Source: Parcubacteria group bacterium
Lineage (GTDB): Bacteria; Patescibacteriota; Minisyncoccia; Moranbacterales; UBA9337
DNA: 64,000 bases
Assembly (NCBI GenBank): GCA_041662245.1
Contig: JBAZSW010000002.1
Coordinates: forward strand, 89,017 to 153,016
Direction of reading: 5' to 3'
Position numbers and translations under genes: made by a program. This document shows positions 30,001-39,635 of the stretch, piece by piece (the stretch's first letter is position 1; each line of letters begins with the position of its first letter). Under the pieces are notes generated by a model. It was not told the DNA's origin and searched no databases. It saw only the letters and a program-made list of their open reading frames with translations.

Positions 30001-33000
30001 TCTGGTGCGTCCACTTTGCTGGGCACGACTGATTTATATACTAACAATTATCAGATTAACATCCCGTGCTATTATGACAGTGCCGCCGATACGACTGCCG
30101 TGACAGTTTCTGGTTACACCACGGCGGTGCCCAATTACATCAAAATCTATACGCCGTATAATACGACGACGGAGAGTAATAATTCGCAAAGGCATAGCGG
30201 GAAGTGGGACGCCACGAAATATCGTCTCGTCACAACTTTGGGTAATATTTCTGTCAGTTATGTTAATAATGTGAAAATAGACGGACTGCAATTGGAATCG
30301 CAAGCCACAGTGGCGAGAAGAGTTATTATAATGATTGGCTCTAATATGGCAATTTCCAATAATATTTTGCGATATTCAGGTGCAGCGCCTGTTGAAGCGA
30401 TTTTTTGTAATTCTACCCAAACCAATATTGATGTTTGGAACAATATTGTTTATGGTTTTGCTAATGGCGGTGATGGAATATATATAACAAATAATAATAA
30501 TGGTAGCGCAAGGGTTTATAATAATATTGTATATGGCGGTACATACGGGATTACTACTGGTAATACTGATATTATTGCTAAAAATAATATTTCTTATAAC
30601 AATACTACTTATGATTTCTCTTCCGGCACTTTCCATTCCACCTCCACCAACAATCTTTCTAAAGATGCCACCGCTCCGCCACTCAACACTTATTACACTA
30701 GTAAAACTTTGGCTTTTACTAGCACCACTGCCGGCGCCGAAGATTTTCATTTGGTGGCCGCTGATACGGATGCAATTAACAAAGGGGCGGATCTCTCCGC
30801 CGACACCAATTTGGCTTTTTCCACCGACATCGATTCTCAAACCCGCAATCTACGCAGTGAGGGCTGGGACATCGGCGCCGACGAGGCCGCCACACAAATA
30901 TTTTACAGTGTCGGACAAAACACATCTGACCACAAAACCGGTTCGCCATTGGTCACAGTCAGTGGTACGACGGCGACTTTTGACACCGCCCAAACAGCTA
31001 CCAATATGGGCGTGGGGGATTTGGTCACGTACACGGGTGGCACGTGTTATATCTCCGCTAAAACTTCTACCACCGTTTGGTCCTGTCTTAGTGTGACGGG
31101 TGGCGCGCCGACCGCTGCCACTAATGCAAGTGTTACGAGCATCGCGCATGCCTTTGCATCTCTCGAAGGCGCCGTGGATGCCGACATGGCTACGGGCGCT
31201 TTTGATGCAACGCATTTGAATACTAAAGATTTAGTGGCGGGCAACTATCAGCTCAATGTGCCGTGTTATTATGATAGTGGAGCGGATACTACTGCGGTGG
31301 TGGTGCGATCTTGGACGACGGGAGCGCAGGATTATATTCGGATTTATACACCGGTGAGTACGACCACTGAAGTCAATCAGACGCAGAGGCACAGTGGGAA
31401 GTGGGATAGTGGGAAATATAATATGCTAATCAGCTCTGGTGCGAGCGGGAAAGCCATATATGTTGCTAATCAATATATTCGCATAGATGGATTACAGATA
31501 AAAACAGTCGGTTATGGAGGAATTTGGTCAAATGTTATATACGGTGCTAAAGGTCAAATTATCAGTAATAATATTATTTGGGGAAGTGGAACTTTCACTG
31601 CTGCTGGACAAGGAATTGGTTGGTTTGGTAATGTAGCTAGCGTATCAGCTTACAATAACATCATTTACGGGTTTACTTATGCCGGTTCGTATGGTATTAG
31701 GTTAGACCAATATACTCAAGATAAGACGCCGGTGGTTTATAATAACACTGTTTATGGTTGTGACACGGGAATTTTACAAGACGCCGATGCCTATTATTCC
31801 AACAACATCGCCTACAACAACGGCGTGGATTTTAGCGGTACGTCCAGAGCCGGTTCGACCAACAATCTTTCCAAGGACGGTACGGCAACAGGAACGAACG
31901 CTAAAATAAATCAAACAGTGGCATTTACTTCCACCGCTTCTGGTAGTGAAGATTTTCATCTCGCCTCCACTGATACGGCGGCCAAAAATTCTGGGGCGGA
32001 TTTGTCAGCGGACGCTAATCTACCATTTGCTACCGATATCGACGGCGCTTCGAGAAATGCGAGCATCAATGCTTGGGACATCGGCGCGGATGAAACAGCC
32101 ACGCAGATATTCTACAGCGTCGGTCAAAATACTTCTGATCACAAAACCGGTTCCCCAACGGTCACCGTTAGTGGCACGACCGCCACATTTGACACCGCTC
32201 AAACAGCTACCAATATGGGCGTGGGGGATTTGGTCACTTACACTGGTGGGACTTGTTATATTTCTGCTAAAACTTCTACTAGCGTTTGGTCTTGTGTTAG
32301 TGCAACTGGTGGTACACCAACGGTGGCCAGCGGTGCAAATGTCACGTCCATCGCGCACGCTTTTTCAGCTTTGAGCACAGCCCTTGATGCGGACTCTATT
32401 TCTACTTCAGCCGGTAATTCATCGCATCTCAATACGAATAATCTGGTGACGGGCAATTATCAACTTAATGTGCCCTGCTACTATGATAGTGGTCCGGATG
32501 TCGGGGCGTATGTCCGAAGCTGGACAACAGGTGCACAAAACCATATTAAGATTTACACGCCGGTGAGCACGACAAGTGAAGCTAATCAGACGCAACGGCA
32601 TAGTGGGAAGTGGGACAACACGAAATATTCCATAAACGCCACGGGTCTAGGTCAGAATATAAATTCATGGAATATCGATTTAGTAATCGAGGGTCTTCAG
32701 ATTTACAAATATGCCGCAGATGGTTATACCTCTATAATAACTGTTAACCCAGCTGCATTTTCCAGGATATCTGCCAACATATTCAAGGGTGACAATAACT
32801 TTGGCTCTGCTTATGGAATAAGTGGTGGAAGTGCCAGTTTGAATGTAAATATATACGATAATGTTTTTCAAGATTTTAGATCGCCCTCCAGTTATTTTTG
32901 GACGATAAATCCGGCGGCGGGCAATTGGTATGTCTACAACAACACTTTCTATAATTGTCACATCGCTCTTCGGGGAATCTCTGGCATGGTGGCCAAAAAT

Positions 33001-36000
33001 AATATCGTTCAAAACTGTGTCGATGGGTATGACGGCACATTCAATTCCGCTTCCGACTATAATATTTCCGATCTCGCTTCAGACAACACTGGTGGGGCGC
33101 ATGACAAACAAGCCACCGTGGCTTTCGCTGACACTGCCAACAAAGATTTTCACCTCGCCCCCACTGACACGGCCGCCAAAAATTCCGGCGCGGATTTATC
33201 AGCGGACGCATATCTGCCATTTGCCACCGACATCGACGGCCAGACCAGAAGTGCTACCCCCAGCTGGGACATCGGCGCCGATGAAGCGGCTAATGCTGTC
33301 TACTATTCTGTCGGGCAATCCACGGCGGATTTGAAAACCGGTACGCCCAATGTCGCCATCACCTCGGGCGTGGCTACTTTTGACGTTGCGCAGACTGGGA
33401 ACATCGGGGTTGGGGATGTTATGATCGCTAACGCTATCTCATATTACATATCAAGCAAAACTTCCACCACTGTTTGGAATGTGGTTACCAATACGGGTGC
33501 TACGCCAACTGACATCACGTCCACGGCCGTGACTTCCATCAAGCATGTTTACACTTCACTTAACTCTGCCTCTTCCGGTGCCGGCACACTCCTTGGCACA
33601 ACTGATCTATACACTAACAATTACCAAATCAACATCCCTTGCTATTATGACGGTGCAGCCGACACGACATCTGTGACAGTCTCTGGCTACACCACGGCTG
33701 TGCCCAATTACATCAAGATTTATACGCCATATAATACGACGACCGAGAGTAACAATTCGCAAAGGCATAGCGGGAAGTGGGACGATGCAAAATATCGTTT
33801 AGTATCGGCCAGTCCTACAACCGTCCAACTCAATAGCTCCTATATCATGCTTGAAGGTATTCAACTAAAAAATACCAATACAACATCGGGTGCTGATACC
33901 GCCATAATATATACCAGTTTAAATAACGCTAATTCTTTGTTGACAATCAATAAGAATATTGTTGTGGCTCAAGTGTCCGGAGTTGGCACGATGTATGCTT
34001 TTAAGGATATCTATCAGACGACCAAGAACGCTATATTCAGTAATAATTCTTTTTATAACATAACCGGCGGGACGGCGGAAGATAGAGCTATTATTATGGA
34101 TGGAGGAAACTTTTATATATATAACAACACTATTTATAATGCCGAGGCTGGACTTAAAATAACTTATTCTTCCACGGTTATCGCTAAAAATAATATAGTG
34201 CAAGGCGCTACGGATGGATATTATGGTACTTTTGATTCCTCTTCTGATTACAACATTTCCAATCTATCCAGCGACACGACGGGTGGCGCGCATGACAAAC
34301 AAGCCACGGTGGTTTTTATTTCTACTACGGCCGGCGTTGAAGATTTTCATCTAGCTTTGACTGACACCGCTGCACGAAATTCCGGAGTGGATTTGAGCGC
34401 CGACACCAGTTTCGCTTTCACCACCGACATTGACTCTCAAACCAGAAATCAAAACGCTCTCGGTTGGGACATCGGCGCCGACGAGGCCGCCACACAAATA
34501 TTTTACAGTGTCGGGCAAAACACCACTGACCACAAAACCGGTACGCCGTTGGTCACGGTAGCGGGTACGATGGCGACTTTTGACACCGCCCAAACCGCCA
34601 CCAATATGGGCGTGGGGGATCTGGTCACGTACACGGGTGGCACTTGTTACATTTCGGCTAAAACTTCCTCTACCATTTGGAGTTGTATATCTGCGACGGG
34701 TGGCACGCCAACGGCCGTCATCAACGCGAGCGTCACTTCCATCGCGCATGCCTTTGCATCTCTCGAAGGCGCCGTGGATGCCGGCACTGCTTCGGGGGCG
34801 TTTGATGCGTCGCATCTCAACACCAAAGATATAATGGCGGGCAACTTTCAACTCAACATTCCTTGCTATTATGACAGCGGAGCGGACACTACGGCTGTCA
34901 CCGTGCAATCTTGGACGACGGGAGCACAGAATTATCTTAAGATTTATACGCCCAACAACACGACCAGTGAAGTCAATCAGACCCAAAGACATGCTGGGAA
35001 ATGGGATGATACTAAATATGATCTTAAAATATCAACTAATGCCCACAATATGCAAATTTCAATTAGTTACATTCATATTGATGGATTACAAATATACCAA
35101 TATGCTGATAATTCAGCCAAGGTCAGTTTATATGTCTACTCTCCTAATACAGGCATAGAAATATCAAATAATATTATTCGGGGTAGGGGTAGTTATACAA
35201 CAGGGACACATTTGGGGATAAATATCGCCACTTCTAATAAAATATGGAACAATATTATTTATAATTTTAATGTAACTGGCTCAGTCGGAATCAATTCAAC
35301 GGGCAGTTATACGAATCAATACATATACAATAATACTATCTATAATTGCGCTGTAGGTATTGCTCGATCAAATGCTACGGTAATTCTCAAAAACAACATT
35401 GCCTACAATAATGGAACTGACTATTCTGGCACTTTCGATGCTTCTTCCACCAATAATCTTTCCAAAGATGCTACGGCTCCGCCTCTCAACACTTATTACA
35501 TCAATAAAACATTGGCTTTCACCAATGTTACTTCCGGCGCCGAAGATTTTCATTTGGCCACTACTGATACGGATGCCATCAATAAAGGTGCGGATCTCTC
35601 TGCCGACACCAGTCTATCTTTCACTACCGACATCGACGGTGCGGGTCGAATCGCGGCGGTGAACGCGTGGGACATCGGAGCCGATGAAACCGCCACCCAG
35701 ATTTATCGCTCGGTCGCTCCGAGCGCCACAGCAGTTTTGGAAAGTGATACTTCCCACGCTAGAACTGTGACAATCACCAGTGGAGTGGCCACTTTTAGCA
35801 ATGCTCTCTCTGACACTATTGGAGTCGGGGACGCTGTCCTCATCGATACAGGTGGTACGGATCAAACCATTGATGCTAGTGATACTATATTATTCATCAG
35901 CAGCAGAAATAGTGCTACCAGCTACAACCTACAAACTCATACAGGAGCTACTCCCAGCGACATTACTATCAATGATACATACAGTATTTATCGAGCTTAT

Positions 36001-39000
36001 ACCAGTGTAAGTTTAGCGGAAGCGGGCACCAAAAATACGAGTATCCCGATAACTTTTAACGGAGGCAATCGTGATTTAGTTACCAACAATGAACAGTGGA
36101 ACTTGGCTTGTTATGCTAATGGAGTGACAGCGGATACGACATCAGTAATAATTACTGGTTGGACCACTGCGCAACAGGACTTTATTAAAATTTATACCCC
36201 TGTATCGACAACTGAAGTAGGGACGAGTCAAAGGCACGGGGGGAAGTGGGACAGCGGATTTTTTAGAATGGAGAACATTTCATACAGTCTGTATATATCA
36301 GTTGACAATATTGTCATTGATGGAATTCAATTCTACAATAGTAATAATGTTGGAAACTCGTCAGGCATTTATCTTACTGGTGCGGGAGGGATAGAAAACA
36401 TAACGTTTAGTGGAAATATTTTTAGGGGTTTGGGATCATATAGCGACGGCAATTTACATAGTGGTATTTCTGCTACGGGACTAACTCCGACAGCAGGTTC
36501 AGTAGTTAAAATTTATAATAACATTGTTTATGATTTTTCCGGTTCATCGCTAAGTGGAATAGGCATAAACGCTGTAAAAGGAACTCGAACATATTATATT
36601 TATAACAATACTGTGTATAATATTGTGGGTTATGGAATCAATAATTATAGTGCTGCGGCAGTGGTAGCTAAGAATAATATTGTGCAAAATTGTACCGATG
36701 GATATGTTGGAACTTTTACTAGCTCCGACTACAACATCTCCGACATCGCTGCCGACAACACTGGTGGGGCGCATGACAAACAAGCCACCGTGGCTTTCGC
36801 CGACACTGCCAACAAAGATTTTCACCTCGCTCCCACCGACACCGCCGCCAAAAATTCCGGCGTGGATTTGAGCGCGGATGCTAATTTGCCAATCACCACC
36901 GACATCGACGGCCAGACTAGAATCGCCACTCCCGGTTTTGACATCGGCGCGGATGAAGCGGCTAATGCCGTCTATTATTCCGTCGGCCAATCCACCGCGG
37001 ACTTGAAGACCGGCACACCGAATGTTTCCATTGCCAGCGGTACGGCCACTTTTGATGTGGGGCAAACTGCTAATATCGGGGTTGGGGATGTGATGATCGC
37101 TAACGCCATTTCATATTACATATCAAGCAAAACTTCCACCACCGTTTGGAATGTGGTTACGGTGACAGGCACCACTCCCACCAACATCACTTCCACGGCT
37201 GTCACTTCGATCAAGCACGTCTATTCTTCTTTGAATTCCGCCTCCTCCGGTGCGGGCACACTTCTTGGTACGAGTGATTTGTATACTAACAATTACCAAA
37301 TCAATATCCCATGTTATTATGACAGTGCCGCCGACACGACGGCGGTGACTGTGCAAAATTACACTACCGCTGTGCCCAATTATATTAAAATTTATACGCC
37401 GAATAATACGGTGACGGAGAGTAATAATTCGCAGAGGCATAGCGGGAAATGGGACACGGGGAAGTATAGCCTCTCTAACAGTGCAGTAGCAGATGCTTTA
37501 AGAATTAATAATAACAATGTTGTTATTGCTGGTTTACAGATTAATCAGCAGTATAATGCTGATTATTATGATGCAATCGCAGTGGGAGCTGATAATCGCA
37601 ATGCGATGATCTTGCAAAATATTCTAAAAGATTCTGGTGCGACCAATTCGGGGAACGCCGTTTATGTAGGCAATAGTACCAATACGTCAATTCCGAGTAT
37701 GATTTATATTGTGAATAATGTCGCTTATGGCTGGAAATCAGATGCTATAAATGTTGGTGGCGTTGGAGATAATGGGGCATTTGTGTACAATAATACATTA
37801 TATGGAAACGGCACCTGTGGCATAAATCAAAATAGTTATTATGATGTTGTCGCTAAAAATAATGTTGTAAATTCTAGTGGTACTTATGGTTATTGTACTT
37901 CTCATCTTTCAACGCCTTTAAATTACGCTACCTCTTCCACTAACAATATTTCCTCTGATGCCACCGCTCTGGGATCAAATTCCAAAATCAATGCTACCGT
38001 TAAATTTATTTCTACCACCAGTGGTAGTGAAGATTTACATTTATCTCCCGAAGATAAAATGGCTAGAGATTTCGGAGCAGATTTGAGTGTGGATGCCAAT
38101 TTTGCCTTTAGCACTGACGTTGACGGTTCTGTTCGGACAGTTTCTTGGGATGCAGGAGCCGATGAAACGGCGACACAAATCTTCTACAGTGTCGGACAGA
38201 ACACCACTGATCACAGCATCGGCAGTGGTGGTGCCACTTGTTCTACTACGGGGGCTTGCACCATCACTATTGCCGGTGGCATGGCTACTTTCAATTATGC
38301 CCAAACCGCCACCAATCTCGGAGTGGGTGATAAGGTGACTTACAATACCACGAGTGTGGCTTATATTACCCAAAAAATTTCTCAAACCCAATGGAAATTA
38401 ATGACAGCCACAGGTGGAGTGCCAGCCGACGTCGGCACGGCCCAGACTTTGAATTCCATTACGCATGCCTTTGCCTCATTGGAAGGTGCGGTGGATGCTG
38501 ATAATGCCAATGGTGCCTTTGATTCAACCCATCTCAACACCAAAGATTTGGTGATTGGAAATTACCAACTCAATGTTCCTTGTTATTATGACACAGGCGC
38601 GGATACGATGAATGTAATATTGAGATCTTGGAAGACAAGCACGCAGAATTATATCAAGATGTACACGCCCAATAATACTACTAGCGAAGTCAATCAGTCT
38701 CAGAGACACAACGGTAAATGGGACGCGACGAAATATTCCTTATCCAGTACGGGCCTTGGCTCAAATCTTTATACCGCGGATAATAGTACGGGCAATGGCA
38801 ATGTCATAATTGAGGGCATTCAATTCTACAGATATAGCGCTAGCAATTTTACATCTGTATTATCTCTGCCCTCGACTAAGAATTCATTCAAAAGAATATC
38901 TTCTAATATATTCAAAGGGGAAGTAAATTATTTATCCAGCACTTATGTCATTTCCGGAGGGGTAGCCGGAGCAGATGTTTATATCTATAATAATATTTTT

Positions 39001-39498
39001 CAAGATTTTAAGCCCGCCAGCGGATATGTCTGGGGATTTAATCCGAGTGCTGGCAATTGGTATGTTTACAACAATACTTTTTATAATTGTGACGTGGCGA
39101 TTAGACGCGGGGCATCGAATAATATGTATGTCAAAAACAACATCACCCAAAATTGTACTGACGGATATTATGGAACTTTTGACGCATCTTCCGATTATAA
39201 TATCTCTGACCTCGCTGCTGACACTGCGGGTGGCGTGCACGACAAACAAGCCACTGTGGCTTTTATTGACGCTACCAATAAAGATTTCTGTTTGAAGACA
39301 AGCGATACGGCGGCCAGATATGCAGGAATAAATCTTTCTACTGATAGTTATTTACCTTTTACAAATGACATTCGAGGCAAAGCTCGTCCCAAATCTCCCG
39401 ATGCTTGGAGTATCGGCGCTTGCGAAAATCTCGATTCTACAAAAGTAAAAATGGAAGGCACGCAGATAAAATTGGAAGGAGATGTGAAATTTGAGTAA
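27097..39498 (+). CDS. Giant secreted modular protein 3 (4133 aa): 10 scaffold/beta-helix modules, short C-terminal tail, no LamG
   Basis: Same signal peptide; ten modules ending WDIGADE or a variant (last WSIGACE); ends KVKMEGTQIKLEGDVKFE. Confidence 0.85.
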   Translation: MSKFQKLLLILVFTIIGLSSASLASAATQIYRSVASGVTATLATDSSHANTVTVTSGTATFSAALPDNIGVGDAVLIDTGGTDQTIDASDTLLFIHARASSTSYTLKTHTGATPSDISINDTYSIYRAYTSLSNAEAGTKNTNIPITFNGGDRNLVTNDEVWNFACYAAGTTADTAMTTIDSWTTDSTRYMRIYTPVSTTEVGTSQRHSGKWDESKYYISIGNNSAGIYYNIKYLVIDGIQIKVTSSDSSGSVGIQAYNSSIVAGGEITIKNNIVRGQLSGTDPGSAGIATSGYSPNSGVIKIFNNIVYDFARVTGTPQAIFFGAGDHYIYNNTIINCYGGLYKNGGSSAAVAKNNIVKGATDAYYGTFTTGTDYNATDGTDDIGTGSNNKISQTFSFIDETNDDFHLSSTDTAARNSGIDLATDTYSPFATDIDGAGRSATVNAWDIGADETATQIFRSVGPSATAVLESDTSHARTVTLTSGVATFSVALADDIGVGDAVLIDTGGTSNAIDASDTILFISARNSSTSYNLQTHTGAAPSDITINDTYSIYRAYTSLSLAEAGTKNTSIPITFNGGNRDLVTNNEEWNLACYANGVTADTTSVTVAGWTTAQQDFIKIYTPVTTTEVGTSQRHGGKWDMGKYNLTVDSGSWRAITNEVSYMTINGLQISKDCQNNNDSNAVRDQGVGGLVNISNNIIKETSTNSLTASQGVRKHWGSGTVLIWNNIIYGWHGTGNYVSGIVNASASAAYLYGYNNTIYDCNIGIRRDTGTIIAKNNITQNCTDGYSGTFDSSSDYNISDLASDNTGGAHDKQATVAFADTANKDFHLAPTDTQAKNSGADLSADANLPFTTDIDGQTRSATPGWDIGADEAANAVYYSVGQSTADLKTGSPNVAITAGVATFDVAQTGNIGVGDVVVANAISYYISSKTSTTVWNVVTVTGATPTNITSTAVTSIKHVYTSLNSAVSGASTLLGTTDLYTNNYQINIPCYYDSAADTTAVTVSGYTTAVPNYIKIYTPYNTTTESNNSQRHSGKWDATKYRLVTTLGNISVSYVNNVKIDGLQLESQATVARRVIIMIGSNMAISNNILRYSGAAPVEAIFCNSTQTNIDVWNNIVYGFANGGDGIYITNNNNGSARVYNNIVYGGTYGITTGNTDIIAKNNISYNNTTYDFSSGTFHSTSTNNLSKDATAPPLNTYYTSKTLAFTSTTAGAEDFHLVAADTDAINKGADLSADTNLAFSTDIDSQTRNLRSEGWDIGADEAATQIFYSVGQNTSDHKTGSPLVTVSGTTATFDTAQTATNMGVGDLVTYTGGTCYISAKTSTTVWSCLSVTGGAPTAATNASVTSIAHAFASLEGAVDADMATGAFDATHLNTKDLVAGNYQLNVPCYYDSGADTTAVVVRSWTTGAQDYIRIYTPVSTTTEVNQTQRHSGKWDSGKYNMLISSGASGKAIYVANQYIRIDGLQIKTVGYGGIWSNVIYGAKGQIISNNIIWGSGTFTAAGQGIGWFGNVASVSAYNNIIYGFTYAGSYGIRLDQYTQDKTPVVYNNTVYGCDTGILQDADAYYSNNIAYNNGVDFSGTSRAGSTNNLSKDGTATGTNAKINQTVAFTSTASGSEDFHLASTDTAAKNSGADLSADANLPFATDIDGASRNASINAWDIGADETATQIFYSVGQNTSDHKTGSPTVTVSGTTATFDTAQTATNMGVGDLVTYTGGTCYISAKTSTSVWSCVSATGGTPTVASGANVTSIAHAFSALSTALDADSISTSAGNSSHLNTNNLVTGNYQLNVPCYYDSGPDVGAYVRSWTTGAQNHIKIYTPVSTTSEANQTQRHSGKWDNTKYSINATGLGQNINSWNIDLVIEGLQIYKYAADGYTSIITVNPAAFSRISANIFKGDNNFGSAYGISGGSASLNVNIYDNVFQDFRSPSSYFWTINPAAGNWYVYNNTFYNCHIALRGISGMVAKNNIVQNCVDGYDGTFNSASDYNISDLASDNTGGAHDKQATVAFADTANKDFHLAPTDTAAKNSGADLSADAYLPFATDIDGQTRSATPSWDIGADEAANAVYYSVGQSTADLKTGTPNVAITSGVATFDVAQTGNIGVGDVMIANAISYYISSKTSTTVWNVVTNTGATPTDITSTAVTSIKHVYTSLNSASSGAGTLLGTTDLYTNNYQINIPCYYDGAADTTSVTVSGYTTAVPNYIKIYTPYNTTTESNNSQRHSGKWDDAKYRLVSASPTTVQLNSSYIMLEGIQLKNTNTTSGADTAIIYTSLNNANSLLTINKNIVVAQVSGVGTMYAFKDIYQTTKNAIFSNNSFYNITGGTAEDRAIIMDGGNFYIYNNTIYNAEAGLKITYSSTVIAKNNIVQGATDGYYGTFDSSSDYNISNLSSDTTGGAHDKQATVVFISTTAGVEDFHLALTDTAARNSGVDLSADTSFAFTTDIDSQTRNQNALGWDIGADEAATQIFYSVGQNTTDHKTGTPLVTVAGTMATFDTAQTATNMGVGDLVTYTGGTCYISAKTSSTIWSCISATGGTPTAVINASVTSIAHAFASLEGAVDAGTASGAFDASHLNTKDIMAGNFQLNIPCYYDSGADTTAVTVQSWTTGAQNYLKIYTPNNTTSEVNQTQRHAGKWDDTKYDLKISTNAHNMQISISYIHIDGLQIYQYADNSAKVSLYVYSPNTGIEISNNIIRGRGSYTTGTHLGINIATSNKIWNNIIYNFNVTGSVGINSTGSYTNQYIYNNTIYNCAVGIARSNATVILKNNIAYNNGTDYSGTFDASSTNNLSKDATAPPLNTYYINKTLAFTNVTSGAEDFHLATTDTDAINKGADLSADTSLSFTTDIDGAGRIAAVNAWDIGADETATQIYRSVAPSATAVLESDTSHARTVTITSGVATFSNALSDTIGVGDAVLIDTGGTDQTIDASDTILFISSRNSATSYNLQTHTGATPSDITINDTYSIYRAYTSVSLAEAGTKNTSIPITFNGGNRDLVTNNEQWNLACYANGVTADTTSVIITGWTTAQQDFIKIYTPVSTTEVGTSQRHGGKWDSGFFRMENISYSLYISVDNIVIDGIQFYNSNNVGNSSGIYLTGAGGIENITFSGNIFRGLGSYSDGNLHSGISATGLTPTAGSVVKIYNNIVYDFSGSSLSGIGINAVKGTRTYYIYNNTVYNIVGYGINNYSAAAVVAKNNIVQNCTDGYVGTFTSSDYNISDIAADNTGGAHDKQATVAFADTANKDFHLAPTDTAAKNSGVDLSADANLPITTDIDGQTRIATPGFDIGADEAANAVYYSVGQSTADLKTGTPNVSIASGTATFDVGQTANIGVGDVMIANAISYYISSKTSTTVWNVVTVTGTTPTNITSTAVTSIKHVYSSLNSASSGAGTLLGTSDLYTNNYQINIPCYYDSAADTTAVTVQNYTTAVPNYIKIYTPNNTVTESNNSQRHSGKWDTGKYSLSNSAVADALRINNNNVVIAGLQINQQYNADYYDAIAVGADNRNAMILQNILKDSGATNSGNAVYVGNSTNTSIPSMIYIVNNVAYGWKSDAINVGGVGDNGAFVYNNTLYGNGTCGINQNSYYDVVAKNNVVNSSGTYGYCTSHLSTPLNYATSSTNNISSDATALGSNSKINATVKFISTTSGSEDLHLSPEDKMARDFGADLSVDANFAFSTDVDGSVRTVSWDAGADETATQIFYSVGQNTTDHSIGSGGATCSTTGACTITIAGGMATFNYAQTATNLGVGDKVTYNTTSVAYITQKISQTQWKLMTATGGVPADVGTAQTLNSITHAFASLEGAVDADNANGAFDSTHLNTKDLVIGNYQLNVPCYYDTGADTMNVILRSWKTSTQNYIKMYTPNNTTSEVNQSQRHNGKWDATKYSLSSTGLGSNLYTADNSTGNGNVIIEGIQFYRYSASNFTSVLSLPSTKNSFKRISSNIFKGEVNYLSSTYVISGGVAGADVYIYNNIFQDFKPASGYVWGFNPSAGNWYVYNNTFYNCDVAIRRGASNNMYVKNNITQNCTDGYYGTFDASSDYNISDLAADTAGGVHDKQATVAFIDATNKDFCLKTSDTAARYAGINLSTDSYLPFTNDIRGKARPKSPDAWSIGACENLDSTKVKMEGTQIKLEGDVKFE

Positions 39499-39572
39499 TG
39501 GCCTTTGATGGGGAAAGTGTGTTGGGATGTAATTATAGTAAATAACGCTATTTTAGGGGATTTGGGGAACTA

Positions 39573-39601
39573 TTGACATTTTTTATTAAAAACAGTACAA
39601 T
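39573..39601 (+). promoter_or_regulatory. sigma70 promoter of ATPase 4
   Basis: TTGACA 39573-39578, 17-nt spacer, TACAAT 39596-39601. The ORF-track TTG start is the -35 box. Confidence 0.65.
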
Positions 39602-39635
39602 AAGGGCAGAAATTAATATTAAATTCATACATTAT

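Noticed and set aside
5480-39295. Many short antisense or alternate-frame ORFs inside the giant genes
   Set aside because: They recur with the GC-richer constant segments and are shadows of the main frame.
5008-39498. Diversity-generating retroelement acting on the giant proteins (prompted by the Avd-like genes)
   Set aside because: No reverse transcriptase in the window. The most similar cores (~32620-33000 and ~38730-39150) differ by indels and all base types rather than adenine-only changes, and no template/variable repeat pair was seen.
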